Assembly: GCA_036677365.1 (NCBI GenBank)
Contig: JAVBWN010000025.1
Span: 1-64,000 of the forward strand
DNA length: 64,000 nt
Origin: Acholeplasma sp.
GTDB lineage: Bacteria > Bacillota_I > Bacilli_A > Acholeplasmatales > UBA5453
Direction: 5' to 3'
The position numbers and the translations under genes are program-made. Below the pieces are notes generated by a model. It made no database searches. It was not told the DNA's origin and saw nothing but the letters and a program-made list of their open reading frames with translations. How positions within the stretch are numbered: position 1 is the first letter of the stretch; each line of letters starts with the position of its first letter. This document shows, one piece after another, positions 9,741 to 19,458 of the stretch.

Positions 9741-11177
9741 ATGAGAAACTTATCAATGTTGATCGATTTTTATGAATTGACCATGGCGAATAGCTACTTC
9801 GAACACAATAAAAATGAAGAAGCGGTATTCGACCTGTTTTTCCGTTCTGTTCCGGATGAAGGTGGTTACGCCGTCATGGCTGGGTTAGAACAAGCCATCC
9901 AATACATCCAAGAACTCAGTTTTACACAAAAAGATATCGATTATTTAAGAGGTAGAAATCTTTTTTCTGAAGGGTTTTTAGACTATTTAAAAAACTTTAA
10001 ATTTTCATCCACTGTCTACGCCATCAAGGAAGGCACCCCCATATTTCCCAATGAACCAGTGCTCACCGTTCAAGGACCCATCATCGAATGTCAATTGATT
10101 GAAACGATGTTGTTACTCACCATCAATCACCAAAGTTTAATCGCAACCAAAACCTCCAGAATTGTCGCATCTGCCAAAGGTAGGGCGGTTTTAGAATTTG
10201 GTTCAAGACGGGCTCAAGGCTATGACGCCGCGACATTTGGTGCACGTGCTGCTTACATTGCAGGGGCGGTAGGCAGTTCAAATACGATTACTGACCGCGA
10301 TTTTCAAATCCCAGCGATTGGTACGATGGCACACGCTTATGTCCAAAGTTTTGATAGCGAGTATGACGCCTTTTTGGCGTACGCGAAAACTTATCCTAAA
10401 GAATCTGTGTTCTTAGTTGATACCTACAGTACTTTAGGGTCTGGTGTACCCAACGCGATCAAAGTATATCAAGACTATTTAAAACCCAATGGTTATACAT
10501 TGAAGGGCATTCGAATCGATAGTGGTGACTTGACTTATCTATCCAAAAAAAGCCGTGAGTTATTGGATGCTGCAGGCTTAAACCAAACCAAAATCACGGT
10601 TTCAAACTCATTGGATGAGTATCTCATTCGTGAATTGGTCGAACAAGGCGCACAAATCGATGCTTTTGGTGTGGGGGAACGTTTGATCACCTCGAAGAGC
10701 GATTCGGTGTTTGGTGGGGTCTATAAACTCGCTGCGTTAAAACAAGATGGGGTCTGGGTCCCAAAAATGAAACTGTCGGATAACGTGGTTAAAACCACCA
10801 ACCCAGGGGTTAAAAAATTATTCAGACTATTCGATAAAACCACAAATAACGCGATCGCGGATGTCGTAACACTGGATTACGAAACCATCGATGAAACGAA
10901 ACCATTCTTACTGTTTGATCCAAACTTCCCGTGGAAACAAAAAAAGGTTTCAAACTTTACAGTGGTTAGTCTACTAGAACCCATTTTCATTCAAGGTAAG
11001 TTGGTCTATAAGAAACCCACACTCAAAGATATTCGTAGTTTCCATCAAGCCCAAATGGCGACTTTATGGGATGAAGTTAAACGCTTTGAAAACCCACACC
11101 CTTACTACGTGGACCTCTCACAAGATTTGTGGAAAATGAAACAACAACTCATCGAACAATACTCAAAAAAGGCGTAA
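9741..11177 (+). CDS. pncB: Nicotinate phosphoribosyltransferase
   Basis: DFYELTM, EFGSRRAQG, GTMAH, LVDTY, GIRIDSGD, GGVYKL motifs. Confidence 0.95.
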   Translation: MRNLSMLIDFYELTMANSYFEHNKNEEAVFDLFFRSVPDEGGYAVMAGLEQAIQYIQELSFTQKDIDYLRGRNLFSEGFLDYLKNFKFSSTVYAIKEGTPIFPNEPVLTVQGPIIECQLIETMLLLTINHQSLIATKTSRIVASAKGRAVLEFGSRRAQGYDAATFGARAAYIAGAVGSSNTITDRDFQIPAIGTMAHAYVQSFDSEYDAFLAYAKTYPKESVFLVDTYSTLGSGVPNAIKVYQDYLKPNGYTLKGIRIDSGDLTYLSKKSRELLDAAGLNQTKITVSNSLDEYLIRELVEQGAQIDAFGVGERLITSKSDSVFGGVYKLAALKQDGVWVPKMKLSDNVVKTTNPGVKKLFRLFDKTTNNAIADVVTLDYETIDETKPFLLFDPNFPWKQKKVSNFTVVSLLEPIFIQGKLVYKKPTLKDIRSFHQAQMATLWDEVKRFENPHPYYVDLSQDLWKMKQQLIEQYSKKA

Positions 11178-11203
11178 TCGCACCCAAATAAAAATTTATT
11201 ACT

Positions 11204-11234
11204 AAAAGTAATCACCGAGAGGTGGTTATTTTTT
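11204..11234 (+). terminator. Intrinsic terminator after pncB
   Basis: taatcacc-gaga-ggtggtta plus T-run. Confidence 0.8.
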
Positions 11235-11246
11235 ATTAATATGTTC

Positions 11247-11276
11247 TTGACAATAGTGTACGTCATACAGTATTAT
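11247..11276 (+). promoter_or_regulatory. Sigma70 promoter of padR with an inverted repeat in the spacer
   Basis: TTGACA-18-TATTAT; atagtgta-N5-tacagtat between the hexamers. Confidence 0.6.
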
Positions 11277-11295
11277 ATTGGTGTGAGGTGAGAAC

Positions 11296-11619
11296 GTGGA
11301 TCAAACCATCCTAAATAATCTCGAAATAGAATTAAGACGGGGGACACAAACCTTAGCGGTATTGTCCTTACTGAAAGAAAAACAATATGGCTATTCACTC
11401 TTGCAAGCGCTAGAGGAAAAGCATGTGTACATTGAAGCGGGTACGTTATACCCGATGTTAAGAAGATTAGAAACCCAAGGTCTGCTCGTATCGAATTGGG
11501 ATACCCAAGAATCCAGACCACGGAAGTATTATGAATTGTCTACAGATGGACAAGATGCCTTGGATAAACTCATCGAAGTTTATCGCGATATGACCAAGCA
11601 TTTCAGTAGTTTGTTATAG
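11296..11619 (+). CDS. PadR-family transcriptional regulator
   Basis: LRRG, YGY, GTLYPMLRRLE, RPRKYY motifs; GTG start after GAGGTGA. Confidence 0.92.
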   Translation: MDQTILNNLEIELRRGTQTLAVLSLLKEKQYGYSLLQALEEKHVYIEAGTLYPMLRRLETQGLLVSNWDTQESRPRKYYELSTDGQDALDKLIEVYRDMTKHFSSLL

Positions 11620-11628
11620 GAGGACACA

Positions 11629-12621
11629 ATGAACGATTATATTCAAAGGTATATTTATGATGTCACCAAGCGTTTGGATGAAAAACAACGCGAAGACATC
11701 TCTAAAGAATTAGAAGCCAACATTTATGACATGTTGGGTGAAGACCAAAGCGATGCAAACATCAAAGCGGTGCTAACCACCTTAGGTTCACCAGCGAAAA
11801 TGGCGATGAATTACAAAGAACCCCGTTATTTGATTTCCCCAGAATTATTCGATGACTACAAGCATGTCTTGGTCATTGTGGTTGCAGTATTTGTGGGTAT
11901 TTCATTCGCAACCGGCATCATTGGTGCGGTGACCGCTTCAGGGATTGAAATTTTAGAAGGCGTTTTAGAAACGATTTTTGGTTCTATTTTATCCGCAGGG
12001 TTCAACGCCTTCGCCATCACGACTTTAATCTTTGCAGGGATTGAACTTTATCGAAAGAAAGTCAATCCGCCGTTTAAAGTGGAAAGTTTACCAAAAATCC
12101 CTAAAGTCGAATCGAAGAAGAATCTTCGTGTTGAAATGATCATTGAAAGTGTCTTCGCGATTGTGTTTGGTTACATTTTCATCCATGTGTTGTTGACTAA
12201 TTATGTGAATATCAACGCGATTTGGGATGAAGTCACTTTAGTCTATACAGGGTCTGTATTAAACCCTTGGGTAGCCAACCTATTTGTCCCTTGGTTTATT
12301 GCGTATTTGGTACTTACAGTCATCATCAAAGTATTCCAGTTTAAAGAAGGTGGATTCACCAAAGTACTTGGCATTTTTTACACCGTAGTCGAACTCACCA
12401 GCTTGGTGATCATGTCGATTGTGTTTACCAGAACCAACACATTCAATCCAGACTTTGTTCAAACCATTTCGACTGCGTTTAATATCGATTTTGGATATCA
12501 TTTGGGTTTAGCAGTGAAAGGCATCTTATCTTTGGTTTGGATCATCACCACCATCGAATTGATTGTCACATGGTACAAAATTTATCATCCCAAAAAAGGA
12601 TTACCCAAACAAAAAAACTAG
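11629..12621 (+). CDS. PadR-associated membrane protein (HAAS-like N-terminus)
   Basis: IxRYIYDV...LGSPAKMA N-terminal domain and several TM helices; common padR partner. Confidence 0.7.
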   Translation: MNDYIQRYIYDVTKRLDEKQREDISKELEANIYDMLGEDQSDANIKAVLTTLGSPAKMAMNYKEPRYLISPELFDDYKHVLVIVVAVFVGISFATGIIGAVTASGIEILEGVLETIFGSILSAGFNAFAITTLIFAGIELYRKKVNPPFKVESLPKIPKVESKKNLRVEMIIESVFAIVFGYIFIHVLLTNYVNINAIWDEVTLVYTGSVLNPWVANLFVPWFIAYLVLTVIIKVFQFKEGGFTKVLGIFYTVVELTSLVIMSIVFTRTNTFNPDFVQTISTAFNIDFGYHLGLAVKGILSLVWIITTIELIVTWYKIYHPKKGLPKQKN

Positions 12622-12636
12622 CCGCGGCTAGTTTTT
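12613..12636. terminator. Perfect 24-bp palindrome joining two convergent stop codons
   Basis: aaaaactagccg|cggctagttttt. Confidence 0.7.
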
Positions 12637-13761
12637 GATTTTTTTAACTTCGGTATAAGCAAGGATGAATGGCCCGACGCCTTTCGCATCATTCGATACG
12701 ATCGGTTCAGATAAATAATAGTCAATGGTTCCATCACGACGGGTGTTGTGGTCTGGGCCTAAACCTGCCACCAAACAAATCCCGTCCATATTCAAATCGC
12801 CCTGTTTTTCAGAGATGTAGGTTTTAACCAAGCCATCGAAGATACCCAAACCAATCGCTTGATAGGCGGCATCCAGTGCCCCTAAACGTACCCCTTTTAA
12901 GATGGCGTAAGCCAGCAAGGATGACCCAGAGGATTCTAAATAATTGCCTTGGACATCACTTCGGTCAATCACTTGGTAAAACAGTTTGGAGGTTTTGTCT
13001 TGGTATTGTAAGAGGCCATCGACACATTCTTTTAACAGTGGAAAGAAGAACGATTCTCTTTCTTTAAATGTTGGATTTAAATACCCAATGACATCGACCA
13101 AAGCAACGACATACCAACCGGTGGCACGCAACCAAAAGTTTTTCGATAATCCAGTTTGTTTATCTGCCCAGAAGACGGTTTTAGATGCGTCATAACCATG
13201 GTAATAGAGTTTTTTATCTTCATTGAACATGCGAGAGCGAACAACTTTAAAATGATTCACGATATCAGCGTAATTCTTTTCTTGATTGAATACCGTTTCA
13301 TAACGGGTATAAAACGGTTGTGCCATGAATAAACCATCAAGCCACACCTGTTGTGGGTAGATGAGTTTATGCCAGAAGGAACCCTCTTTGGTGCGGGGTT
13401 GTCTTAGCACATGGGTATAGGTTAAGTCGATGGCTTTTTTGTATTTTAAATCTTGGGTGCGTGCATACAAATCAAACAACACACGAGACTCACAAATGTC
13501 ATCGAGGTTGAATGTCTTCATGTCATACCCAAGCATCGAACCATCGGTAGATACATAATGGTCGATGAATGTTTTGACAAAGTCATAGTATTTAGGGTCT
13601 TGAGTCTGGTCATACAGTGACAATAAAGCCGTCATCATACAACCATCGACATAATTCCATGCAGCGGCTTTCCCTTGGTGGATGGCTTCAATGTTCCAAA
13701 GGGGTTTGTCAGGCGTTGAGCCCTGCATCAATTTTTCAATATAGCGGTCAATCAATTTCAT
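12628..13761 (-). CDS. Glycoside hydrolase family 105/88 (YteR-like unsaturated rhamnogalacturonyl hydrolase)
   Basis: WNYVDG, FWHK..YP.QVWLDGLFM, YHGYD, FWLRA.GW, YLESSGS, NDAKGVGP. Confidence 0.88.
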   Translation of the reverse strand: MKLIDRYIEKLMQGSTPDKPLWNIEAIHQGKAAAWNYVDGCMMTALLSLYDQTQDPKYYDFVKTFIDHYVSTDGSMLGYDMKTFNLDDICESRVLFDLYARTQDLKYKKAIDLTYTHVLRQPRTKEGSFWHKLIYPQQVWLDGLFMAQPFYTRYETVFNQEKNYADIVNHFKVVRSRMFNEDKKLYYHGYDASKTVFWADKQTGLSKNFWLRATGWYVVALVDVIGYLNPTFKERESFFFPLLKECVDGLLQYQDKTSKLFYQVIDRSDVQGNYLESSGSSLLAYAILKGVRLGALDAAYQAIGLGIFDGLVKTYISEKQGDLNMDGICLVAGLGPDHNTRRDGTIDYYLSEPIVSNDAKGVGPFILAYTEVKKIKN

Positions 13762-13930
13762 GGTTGAGCCTCCTTAATTCAATCCAATTATACCGCATAA
13801 TTTTAGATAATCCAAGGTTTTAAAAAGCATTTGAAATAATCTTTATAACTGTACATCATGATAGACGAAAAACGGCGAAAATAAGCCATTATCGAAGAAT
13901 TATGAGAAAGTCCATATATTGTATATATGA

Positions 13931-13959
13931 TTGCAAAAGGGTGGGTATTACGTTATAAT
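13931..13959 (+). promoter_or_regulatory. Sigma70 promoter of the MATE-queG-trmL-pcp-hlyIII operon
   Basis: TTGCAA-17-TATAAT. Confidence 0.7.
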
Positions 13960-13985
13960 AGATACGTTATTGAAAGGTTTATTTT

Positions 13986-15407
13986 ATGTCGAGACTAATA
14001 CCTAGTGAGCGAAAAGAACTCATTTTACAAAATAAAAATATCGTTAAAGGCATCATGGTCATGGCGTGGCCACTATTCATTGCGAATTTGCTCAAGTCGC
14101 TTCATGACATCGTCGACTCCTTTTTTTTAGCCCGTATGGACGGTACAGAAGATGCCATCGCATCGACACTCGCTGCCATCAACATCCACTGGCCAATCTA
14201 CAATATATTCAACGCTTTGGGGATTGGATTGGGCATTGCTGGGGTTGGCATCATCAGCCAGTATTTAGGGTCTGGTAAAGAAGGTACAGCCAAAGTATAC
14301 GCAGCAAAATTATTAACATTCTCTGTGGTTTTAGGGGTTATCGTCAATGCTTTATTGTTCTTTGGAGCACCACTGATCGCTCAAATGATGGGTGCAGAAG
14401 GATTGACGTTTGAATATGCAGTCACGTATTTTAGATATCGGTCATTGGAATTTACGTTTGTATATGTTTTCTTAGCATATCAAGCCATCAGACAAGCCAG
14501 TGGCGATACAGCATCCCCTGTTCGTTTATCCATCATCAGTATTTTCGTAAATATGTTTTTAACTTGGTTATTTATTTCTGAATTTAAGATGGGCATAGCG
14601 GGTGCAGGTTTGTCTACACTCATCAGCCAAGCCATCATCGTTCCATTTGCAGTACATGATTTGTTTTTTTCCAAAGAACACCCAAGAATTGAAGCGAAGG
14701 ACCTTGGTTTTGACAGTCATATTTTAAAAGAAATTTCTAAGTTCGCGATGCCATCAGCGACTGCACAAGCATTCTCATCCTTAGGTTTCGCTGTCATTCA
14801 AGCGATGATTCTCAGCTATGGTGATGTGGTATCTTCAGGGTTTTCGACGGGGAATCGAATCTCATCGTTATTGTTAAACCCTGTCATGGCGATTGGTTCT
14901 GTAGTCACTGCTTATATTGGTCAAAACATTGGTGCCAATAACCCAGAACGGGCGAAAAAATCTTATGAAGTGGCGAGAAACTTGAGCGTCAGTATCATGG
15001 TCATTGGCGTCTTAATCATCATTCCTTTCGCAAAACCCATCGCACAGTTCATTGTTGGTCCTAAAAATGGGGCGATTGTCGCGGTGACCGTTGAGTATTC
15101 GATATGGATTTTAGGGACACAACCGTTGATGGCCATCTTCCAAACCCATTTATCGGCTTTCAATGGGTCTGGCAATAATAAATATGCCTTAATGATGACA
15201 TTCACACGCTTATGGATTTTGCGTGTACCACTCGTTTTATTCTTCAAATACGCCACAGACGTTGGGTATGCTGGCATTTGGTATGCCATGGTTATTTCCA
15301 ACTTAATCATATTATTTATGGGTTCATATCTTTATCGCAAGGTGAAATTCCAAAGGAAGGTATTCATCGATGAACACGAAGAACCTCTGGACAATTTTTC
15401 AATCTAA
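13986..15407 (+). CDS. MATE-family efflux transporter
   Basis: About 12 TM segments, IVDSFF, SQYLGS, GDT..P, GQNIGA motifs. Confidence 0.9.
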   Translation: MSRLIPSERKELILQNKNIVKGIMVMAWPLFIANLLKSLHDIVDSFFLARMDGTEDAIASTLAAINIHWPIYNIFNALGIGLGIAGVGIISQYLGSGKEGTAKVYAAKLLTFSVVLGVIVNALLFFGAPLIAQMMGAEGLTFEYAVTYFRYRSLEFTFVYVFLAYQAIRQASGDTASPVRLSIISIFVNMFLTWLFISEFKMGIAGAGLSTLISQAIIVPFAVHDLFFSKEHPRIEAKDLGFDSHILKEISKFAMPSATAQAFSSLGFAVIQAMILSYGDVVSSGFSTGNRISSLLLNPVMAIGSVVTAYIGQNIGANNPERAKKSYEVARNLSVSIMVIGVLIIIPFAKPIAQFIVGPKNGAIVAVTVEYSIWILGTQPLMAIFQTHLSAFNGSGNNKYALMMTFTRLWILRVPLVLFFKYATDVGYAGIWYAMVISNLIILFMGSYLYRKVKFQRKVFIDEHEEPLDNFSI

Positions 15408-16299
15408 ATTTGATTTGGTGGGTATCATCCGAACCAAAGACTACTTAGAAGCGGCCCGTCAAATGGGTAAAAACGTCATTCAAGAGACGTATCCTACGAT
15501 GGTTGTTTTGGGGTTGAGCTATCCGAAACGGATGATTAAACATACCAAAACCCATCTCGTACCTTCTTTTTATACGTTTGGTAAAGACTACCACATGGTA
15601 TTAAAAGATCGCATGCTTGAAGTGTTGAATGACTTGGGTATTGAATACCGTTTGGGTGTGGATAACCACAACCACGATGAACGGTTGGCGGCCACTTTAG
15701 CGGGTTTAGGCTTTTTTGGGAAAAACCAACTGATTATAAATGAACAATTTGGGTCTTACTTTTTCCTCGGATTGGTATTTTTGAACATCGAAATCGAACG
15801 CGAAATCAAATTATTGGTTACAGAGGATTGTGGGTCATGTCGAAAATGCATCGATGCGTGTCCAACCAATGCTTTATCCGAAACAGGATATCGTATGGAT
15901 TTGTGCATGAGTCATTACAATCAATCCAAACGTATCTTGACTGACCATGAGATGGATGCCAATTACAGTTTATTTGGTTGTGACATTTGTCAGATGGTTT
16001 GTCCAAAAAACGTGAACATCATAAAGCAAACCCACCCTGAGTTTGAGCTTTCTGGGAAAGAAATGGTATCGATTGTCGATTTGTTCAGCGATTCGGTAAA
16101 AGTATTCAAAGAAAAATACAAAGACATGCCTTATTTATGGAAAGGCAAAACCGTGTTGATGCGAAACGCATTATTGATCATCAAACGACTGAAACTAAAA
16201 GAACACATCGACTTGATTGAATCGACAAAGGATAAATCCAAAGTCGAATGGTATCAAGATACATTAGAACGTGTCTTAAAATCACTGAAGGAGGAGTAG
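15370..16299 (+). CDS. queG: Epoxyqueuosine reductase-like 4Fe-4S protein
   Basis: GLGFFGKN, CGSCRKCIDACPT, GCDICQMVCP. Confidence 0.8.
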   Translation: MNTKNLWTIFQSKFDLVGIIRTKDYLEAARQMGKNVIQETYPTMVVLGLSYPKRMIKHTKTHLVPSFYTFGKDYHMVLKDRMLEVLNDLGIEYRLGVDNHNHDERLAATLAGLGFFGKNQLIINEQFGSYFFLGLVFLNIEIEREIKLLVTEDCGSCRKCIDACPTNALSETGYRMDLCMSHYNQSKRILTDHEMDANYSLFGCDICQMVCPKNVNIIKQTHPEFELSGKEMVSIVDLFSDSVKVFKEKYKDMPYLWKGKTVLMRNALLIIKRLKLKEHIDLIESTKDKSKVEWYQDTLERVLKSLKEE

Positions 16300-16300
16300 T

Positions 16301-16822
16301 ATGGAACTCAATATTGTTTTATTTGAACCTGAAATCCCACAAAATACGGGAAACATCATGCGTACATGTGTGGGCATCAATGCGAAGTTGCACTTGATCA
16401 AGCCCTTGGGTTTTTCACTGGATGAAAAGTATCTCAAAAGAAGTGCACTCGATTATATTAAAGATTTAAATTATACCATTTATGAAAATTATCAAGATTT
16501 TTCTACTAAAAATCCCGGTCAATATTTCTTTTTAACCCGCTATGGCAAAAAGACGTATTCTGAAATCGATTATACAAAAATCGAACAACCCATATACTTG
16601 ATTTTTGGAAAAGAATCCACTGGGGTAGACAGAACCATTTTGGCTGCCCATATGGACACCTGTTATCGAATCCCAACCACCGATAAAATCAGATCGCTCA
16701 ATTTATCAAATGCTGTCGCGTTGGTGGCCTTTGAAGTGATGAGACAAGTGGATTTTGAAGGCTTACACAAATATGAGCCCGAAACACTCAAAGGCAAAGA
16801 TTTCTTGGACCAATTCAAATGA
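16301..16822 (+). CDS. trmL: tRNA (cytidine(34)-2'-O)-methyltransferase
   Basis: PEIPQNTGNI, FGKESTG, RSLNLSN SPOUT motifs. Confidence 0.93.
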   Translation: MELNIVLFEPEIPQNTGNIMRTCVGINAKLHLIKPLGFSLDEKYLKRSALDYIKDLNYTIYENYQDFSTKNPGQYFFLTRYGKKTYSEIDYTKIEQPIYLIFGKESTGVDRTILAAHMDTCYRIPTTDKIRSLNLSNAVALVAFEVMRQVDFEGLHKYEPETLKGKDFLDQFK

Positions 16823-17337
16823 TCTTAGTCACTGCATTTGAACCGTTTGGTGGAAAAACGTGGAATGCTTCCAAAATGATTTTAGATCGAATTCAATCCG
16901 ATGTGGATAAACTAGAGTTACCAGTATCCATCGCAAAAGTAAAAGAAGTCATCACACAGTTGGATTTAACTCCGTATCGATGCATCTTAATGCTCGGTGA
17001 AGCCAACCGTGATGTGGTATCATTAGAGCAGTATGCGTATAATGAACTGGATATGCGAATCCCTGACAATCAAGGCATTCAATTATTGAAACAACCCATC
17101 GATGAGGGGCAAACTTATCAAACTCCCATCGACTTGACACGTTTATTGAGACCTGGGGTGGTCCAATCGGAGGACCCAGGGCGTTATTTGTGTAATTATG
17201 CGTATTATCATATGGGTAAAAAACACCCAAACGTGCTATTTATCCATGTGTCAGCAACCCAAGAAACGGTTGAGTCACAAACTCAACTCATAGAGGAGAT
17301 CATTCATGAAATTAAGACCCTTTCAATCGCTCGGTGA
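16819..17337 (+). CDS. pcp: Pyroglutamyl-peptidase I family
   Basis: ILVTAFEPFGG..NAS, LE..AYN, DPGRYLCN, FIHV catalytic triad motifs. Confidence 0.85.
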   Translation: MILVTAFEPFGGKTWNASKMILDRIQSDVDKLELPVSIAKVKEVITQLDLTPYRCILMLGEANRDVVSLEQYAYNELDMRIPDNQGIQLLKQPIDEGQTYQTPIDLTRLLRPGVVQSEDPGRYLCNYAYYHMGKKHPNVLFIHVSATQETVESQTQLIEEIIHEIKTLSIAR

Positions 17338-17938
17338 AGAGATTGCGAATGCAGTAAGCCATGGACTTGGCGCTGTTTTCGGTATTGTAGCACTCATTTT
17401 AATGTTATTGAAGGCAAACCACGGTAATGAAGTTTTTGGTGCGTTGGTCTTCGGTTTTAGCATCATCATCTTATATACCATGAGTACGCTTTATCACGCC
17501 TTCAAACGTGATACCAAAGTGAAACGTCTATTTAAACGATTTGACCACATTTCCATTTATATTTTAATTGGGGGAACATTCGCACCCATCTTCATCATTG
17601 TCGTTGATAAACCCATGGGGTGGTTTTTGTTGATTGGTCAATGGTTGTTGATTGCTTTAGGGGCAACCATGAAAGCCATCCACATCCACAAGTGGCAAAT
17701 CCCACATTTACTCTTATATATTATTTTAGGGTGGAGTGGTTTGACATTGATTGGACCACTATTTGAGCTTTCACAAGGGGCATTTTACTTCATCTTAGCC
17801 GGTGGCATTGCTTATACCGTCGGTGTTATTTTCTATGCCTTATCTAAAGTCTTTAAATACAGTCATTTTGTTTGGCACATCTTCGTATTTTTAGGTACTT
17901 TATTACAATTTATCGCCATTTATGCGTATTTACTCTAA
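17306..17938 (+). CDS. Hemolysin III / PAQR-family membrane protein
   Basis: EEIANAVSH, STLYH, DHISIY, HFVWHIFV. Confidence 0.9.
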   Translation: MKLRPFQSLGEEIANAVSHGLGAVFGIVALILMLLKANHGNEVFGALVFGFSIIILYTMSTLYHAFKRDTKVKRLFKRFDHISIYILIGGTFAPIFIIVVDKPMGWFLLIGQWLLIALGATMKAIHIHKWQIPHLLLYIILGWSGLTLIGPLFELSQGAFYFILAGGIAYTVGVIFYALSKVFKYSHFVWHIFVFLGTLLQFIAIYAYLL

Positions 17939-17957
17939 AAAATAGCAGAATTAACTA

Positions 17958-17977
17958 TTGTGAATAAATATTCATAA
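17958..17977. promoter_or_regulatory. Palindromic operator-like site upstream of ackA
   Basis: ttgtgaataaatattcataa near-perfect palindrome just upstream of TTGCAA-17-TATCAT. Confidence 0.45.
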
Positions 17978-18052
17978 TGAGTGGGAAAAATCTTGCAAAA
18001 GCAAGCGAATTATATTATCATAAAGATGAACAAACAAGGAGATCATTACACT

Positions 18053-19228
18053 ATGAAAATTATGGCAGTCAATGCGGGTAGCTCTTCGATTAAATTCCAA
18101 TTGCTAGAAATGCCAGCTGAAAAACAAATCACGTCTGGGATTGTTGAAAGAATTGGGTCAGAAGAAGCCCTATTTACCATCAAATATAACGGGGAAAAGT
18201 TCGTTGAAACTTTACCAATCAAAGACCACGCCGTGGGGGTTGAACTGATTTTAGAAGGTTTAGTCAAACACAAAGTCATTGCCAACATCAATGACATTGA
18301 AGGCGTTGGACACAGGGTGGTTCAAGGCGGCGAATTCTTTAAAGATTCGACCATCATCACCGATGAAGTCTTACAAAAAATCATCGACTTGGGCGAAATG
18401 GCACCACTCCATAACCCAGCGAACGCAACAGGGATCAAAGCATTTAGAAAAGTATTACCACACGTCACACAAGTGGCAGTCTTCGATACAGTATTCCATC
18501 AAACCATGCAAAAAGATGCGTATCTTTATGGTACCCCTTATGAATGGTATACCCAATATGGCATCCGTAAATATGGATTCCACGGGACCAGCCACCAATA
18601 TGTATCAGAAAAAGCCAATCAATTGATGGGTACGACACAAACCAAAGTGGTTGTATGCCACATTGGCAACGGGGCATCGTTGTCAGCCGTTAAAAACGGG
18701 CATTGTGTTGAAACATCGATGGGATTTACACCGCTTGAAGGCTTCCCTATGGGGACCCGTTCTGGTTCGATTGACCCAGCCATCACCGCTTATATGGCAA
18801 ACAAACTCAACAAATCAGCTCAAGACATCACTGATATTTTAAATAAGAAGTCTGGTTACCTTGGTATTTCAGGTTTATCGAATGACGCTAGAGACATCGA
18901 AGCAGCCATCGAAAAAGGCAATGAAAGAGCACGTTTGGCTTTCGATATTCAAGCCAAACAAATTGCCGATTATATCGGTTCTTACTATGTTTACATGGGT
19001 GGTTTAGACGCGATTTGCTTCACCGCTGGGATTGGTGAGAACTCCCCAGTCTTAAGACAAATGATCATCGATCGTTTGGCAGTCCTTGGTGTTGAACTCA
19101 ACAAAGACCTCAACAAACTCCGTGGCGAAAGACTCATTTCAACCGAAAACTCTAAAGTCAAAGTCTTCATCATCCCAACCGATGAAGAAGTCATGATCGC
19201 TAGAGACACGATGAGATTATCACACTAA
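18053..19228 (+). CDS. ackA: Acetate kinase
   Basis: NAGSSSIK, GHRVVQG, APLHN, FDTVFH, YGFHGTSH, FTAGIGEN; start after AGGAG. Confidence 0.97.
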   Translation: MKIMAVNAGSSSIKFQLLEMPAEKQITSGIVERIGSEEALFTIKYNGEKFVETLPIKDHAVGVELILEGLVKHKVIANINDIEGVGHRVVQGGEFFKDSTIITDEVLQKIIDLGEMAPLHNPANATGIKAFRKVLPHVTQVAVFDTVFHQTMQKDAYLYGTPYEWYTQYGIRKYGFHGTSHQYVSEKANQLMGTTQTKVVVCHIGNGASLSAVKNGHCVETSMGFTPLEGFPMGTRSGSIDPAITAYMANKLNKSAQDITDILNKKSGYLGISGLSNDARDIEAAIEKGNERARLAFDIQAKQIADYIGSYYVYMGGLDAICFTAGIGENSPVLRQMIIDRLAVLGVELNKDLNKLRGERLISTENSKVKVFIIPTDEEVMIARDTMRLSH

Positions 19229-19239
19229 TTTAAGTTTAG

Positions 19240-19269
19240 AAACGCGACCTCAGGGTGGCGTTTTTTTTT
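19240..19269 (+). terminator. Intrinsic terminator after ackA
   Basis: aaacgcgacc-tcag-ggtggcgttt plus T9. Confidence 0.8.
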
Positions 19270-19286
19270 CTATTCAAAAAGAAAAA

Positions 19287-19386
19287 TTGAAACATTTAAA
19301 AAAAACTTAAAATCGGTTACACAAACCACTTGAAATTATGTAAGCGCTTGTGATAAGATGAATATACAAATTGAAATGTTTCAATT
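19287..19386 (+). promoter_or_regulatory. Promoter of the glycan locus with LacI-type operator(s) and cre-like sites
   Basis: TTGAAA(19330)..TGaTAAGAT; palindrome aattgaaatgtttcaatt (19369-19386); weaker copy ttgaaacatttaa (19287); cre-like tgtaagcgcttgtg in the spacer. Confidence 0.65.
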
Positions 19387-19458
19387 CTTTTTATGGAAGG
19401 TTTGATGTAAACCCATTCTATAGAATGTATCCGATACAAAAATTTAAGGGAGGTTCAC

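Noticed and set aside
17306..17938. Hemolysin III as a virulence toxin
   Set aside because: PAQR/HlyIII proteins are widespread membrane-homeostasis proteins; housekeeping context
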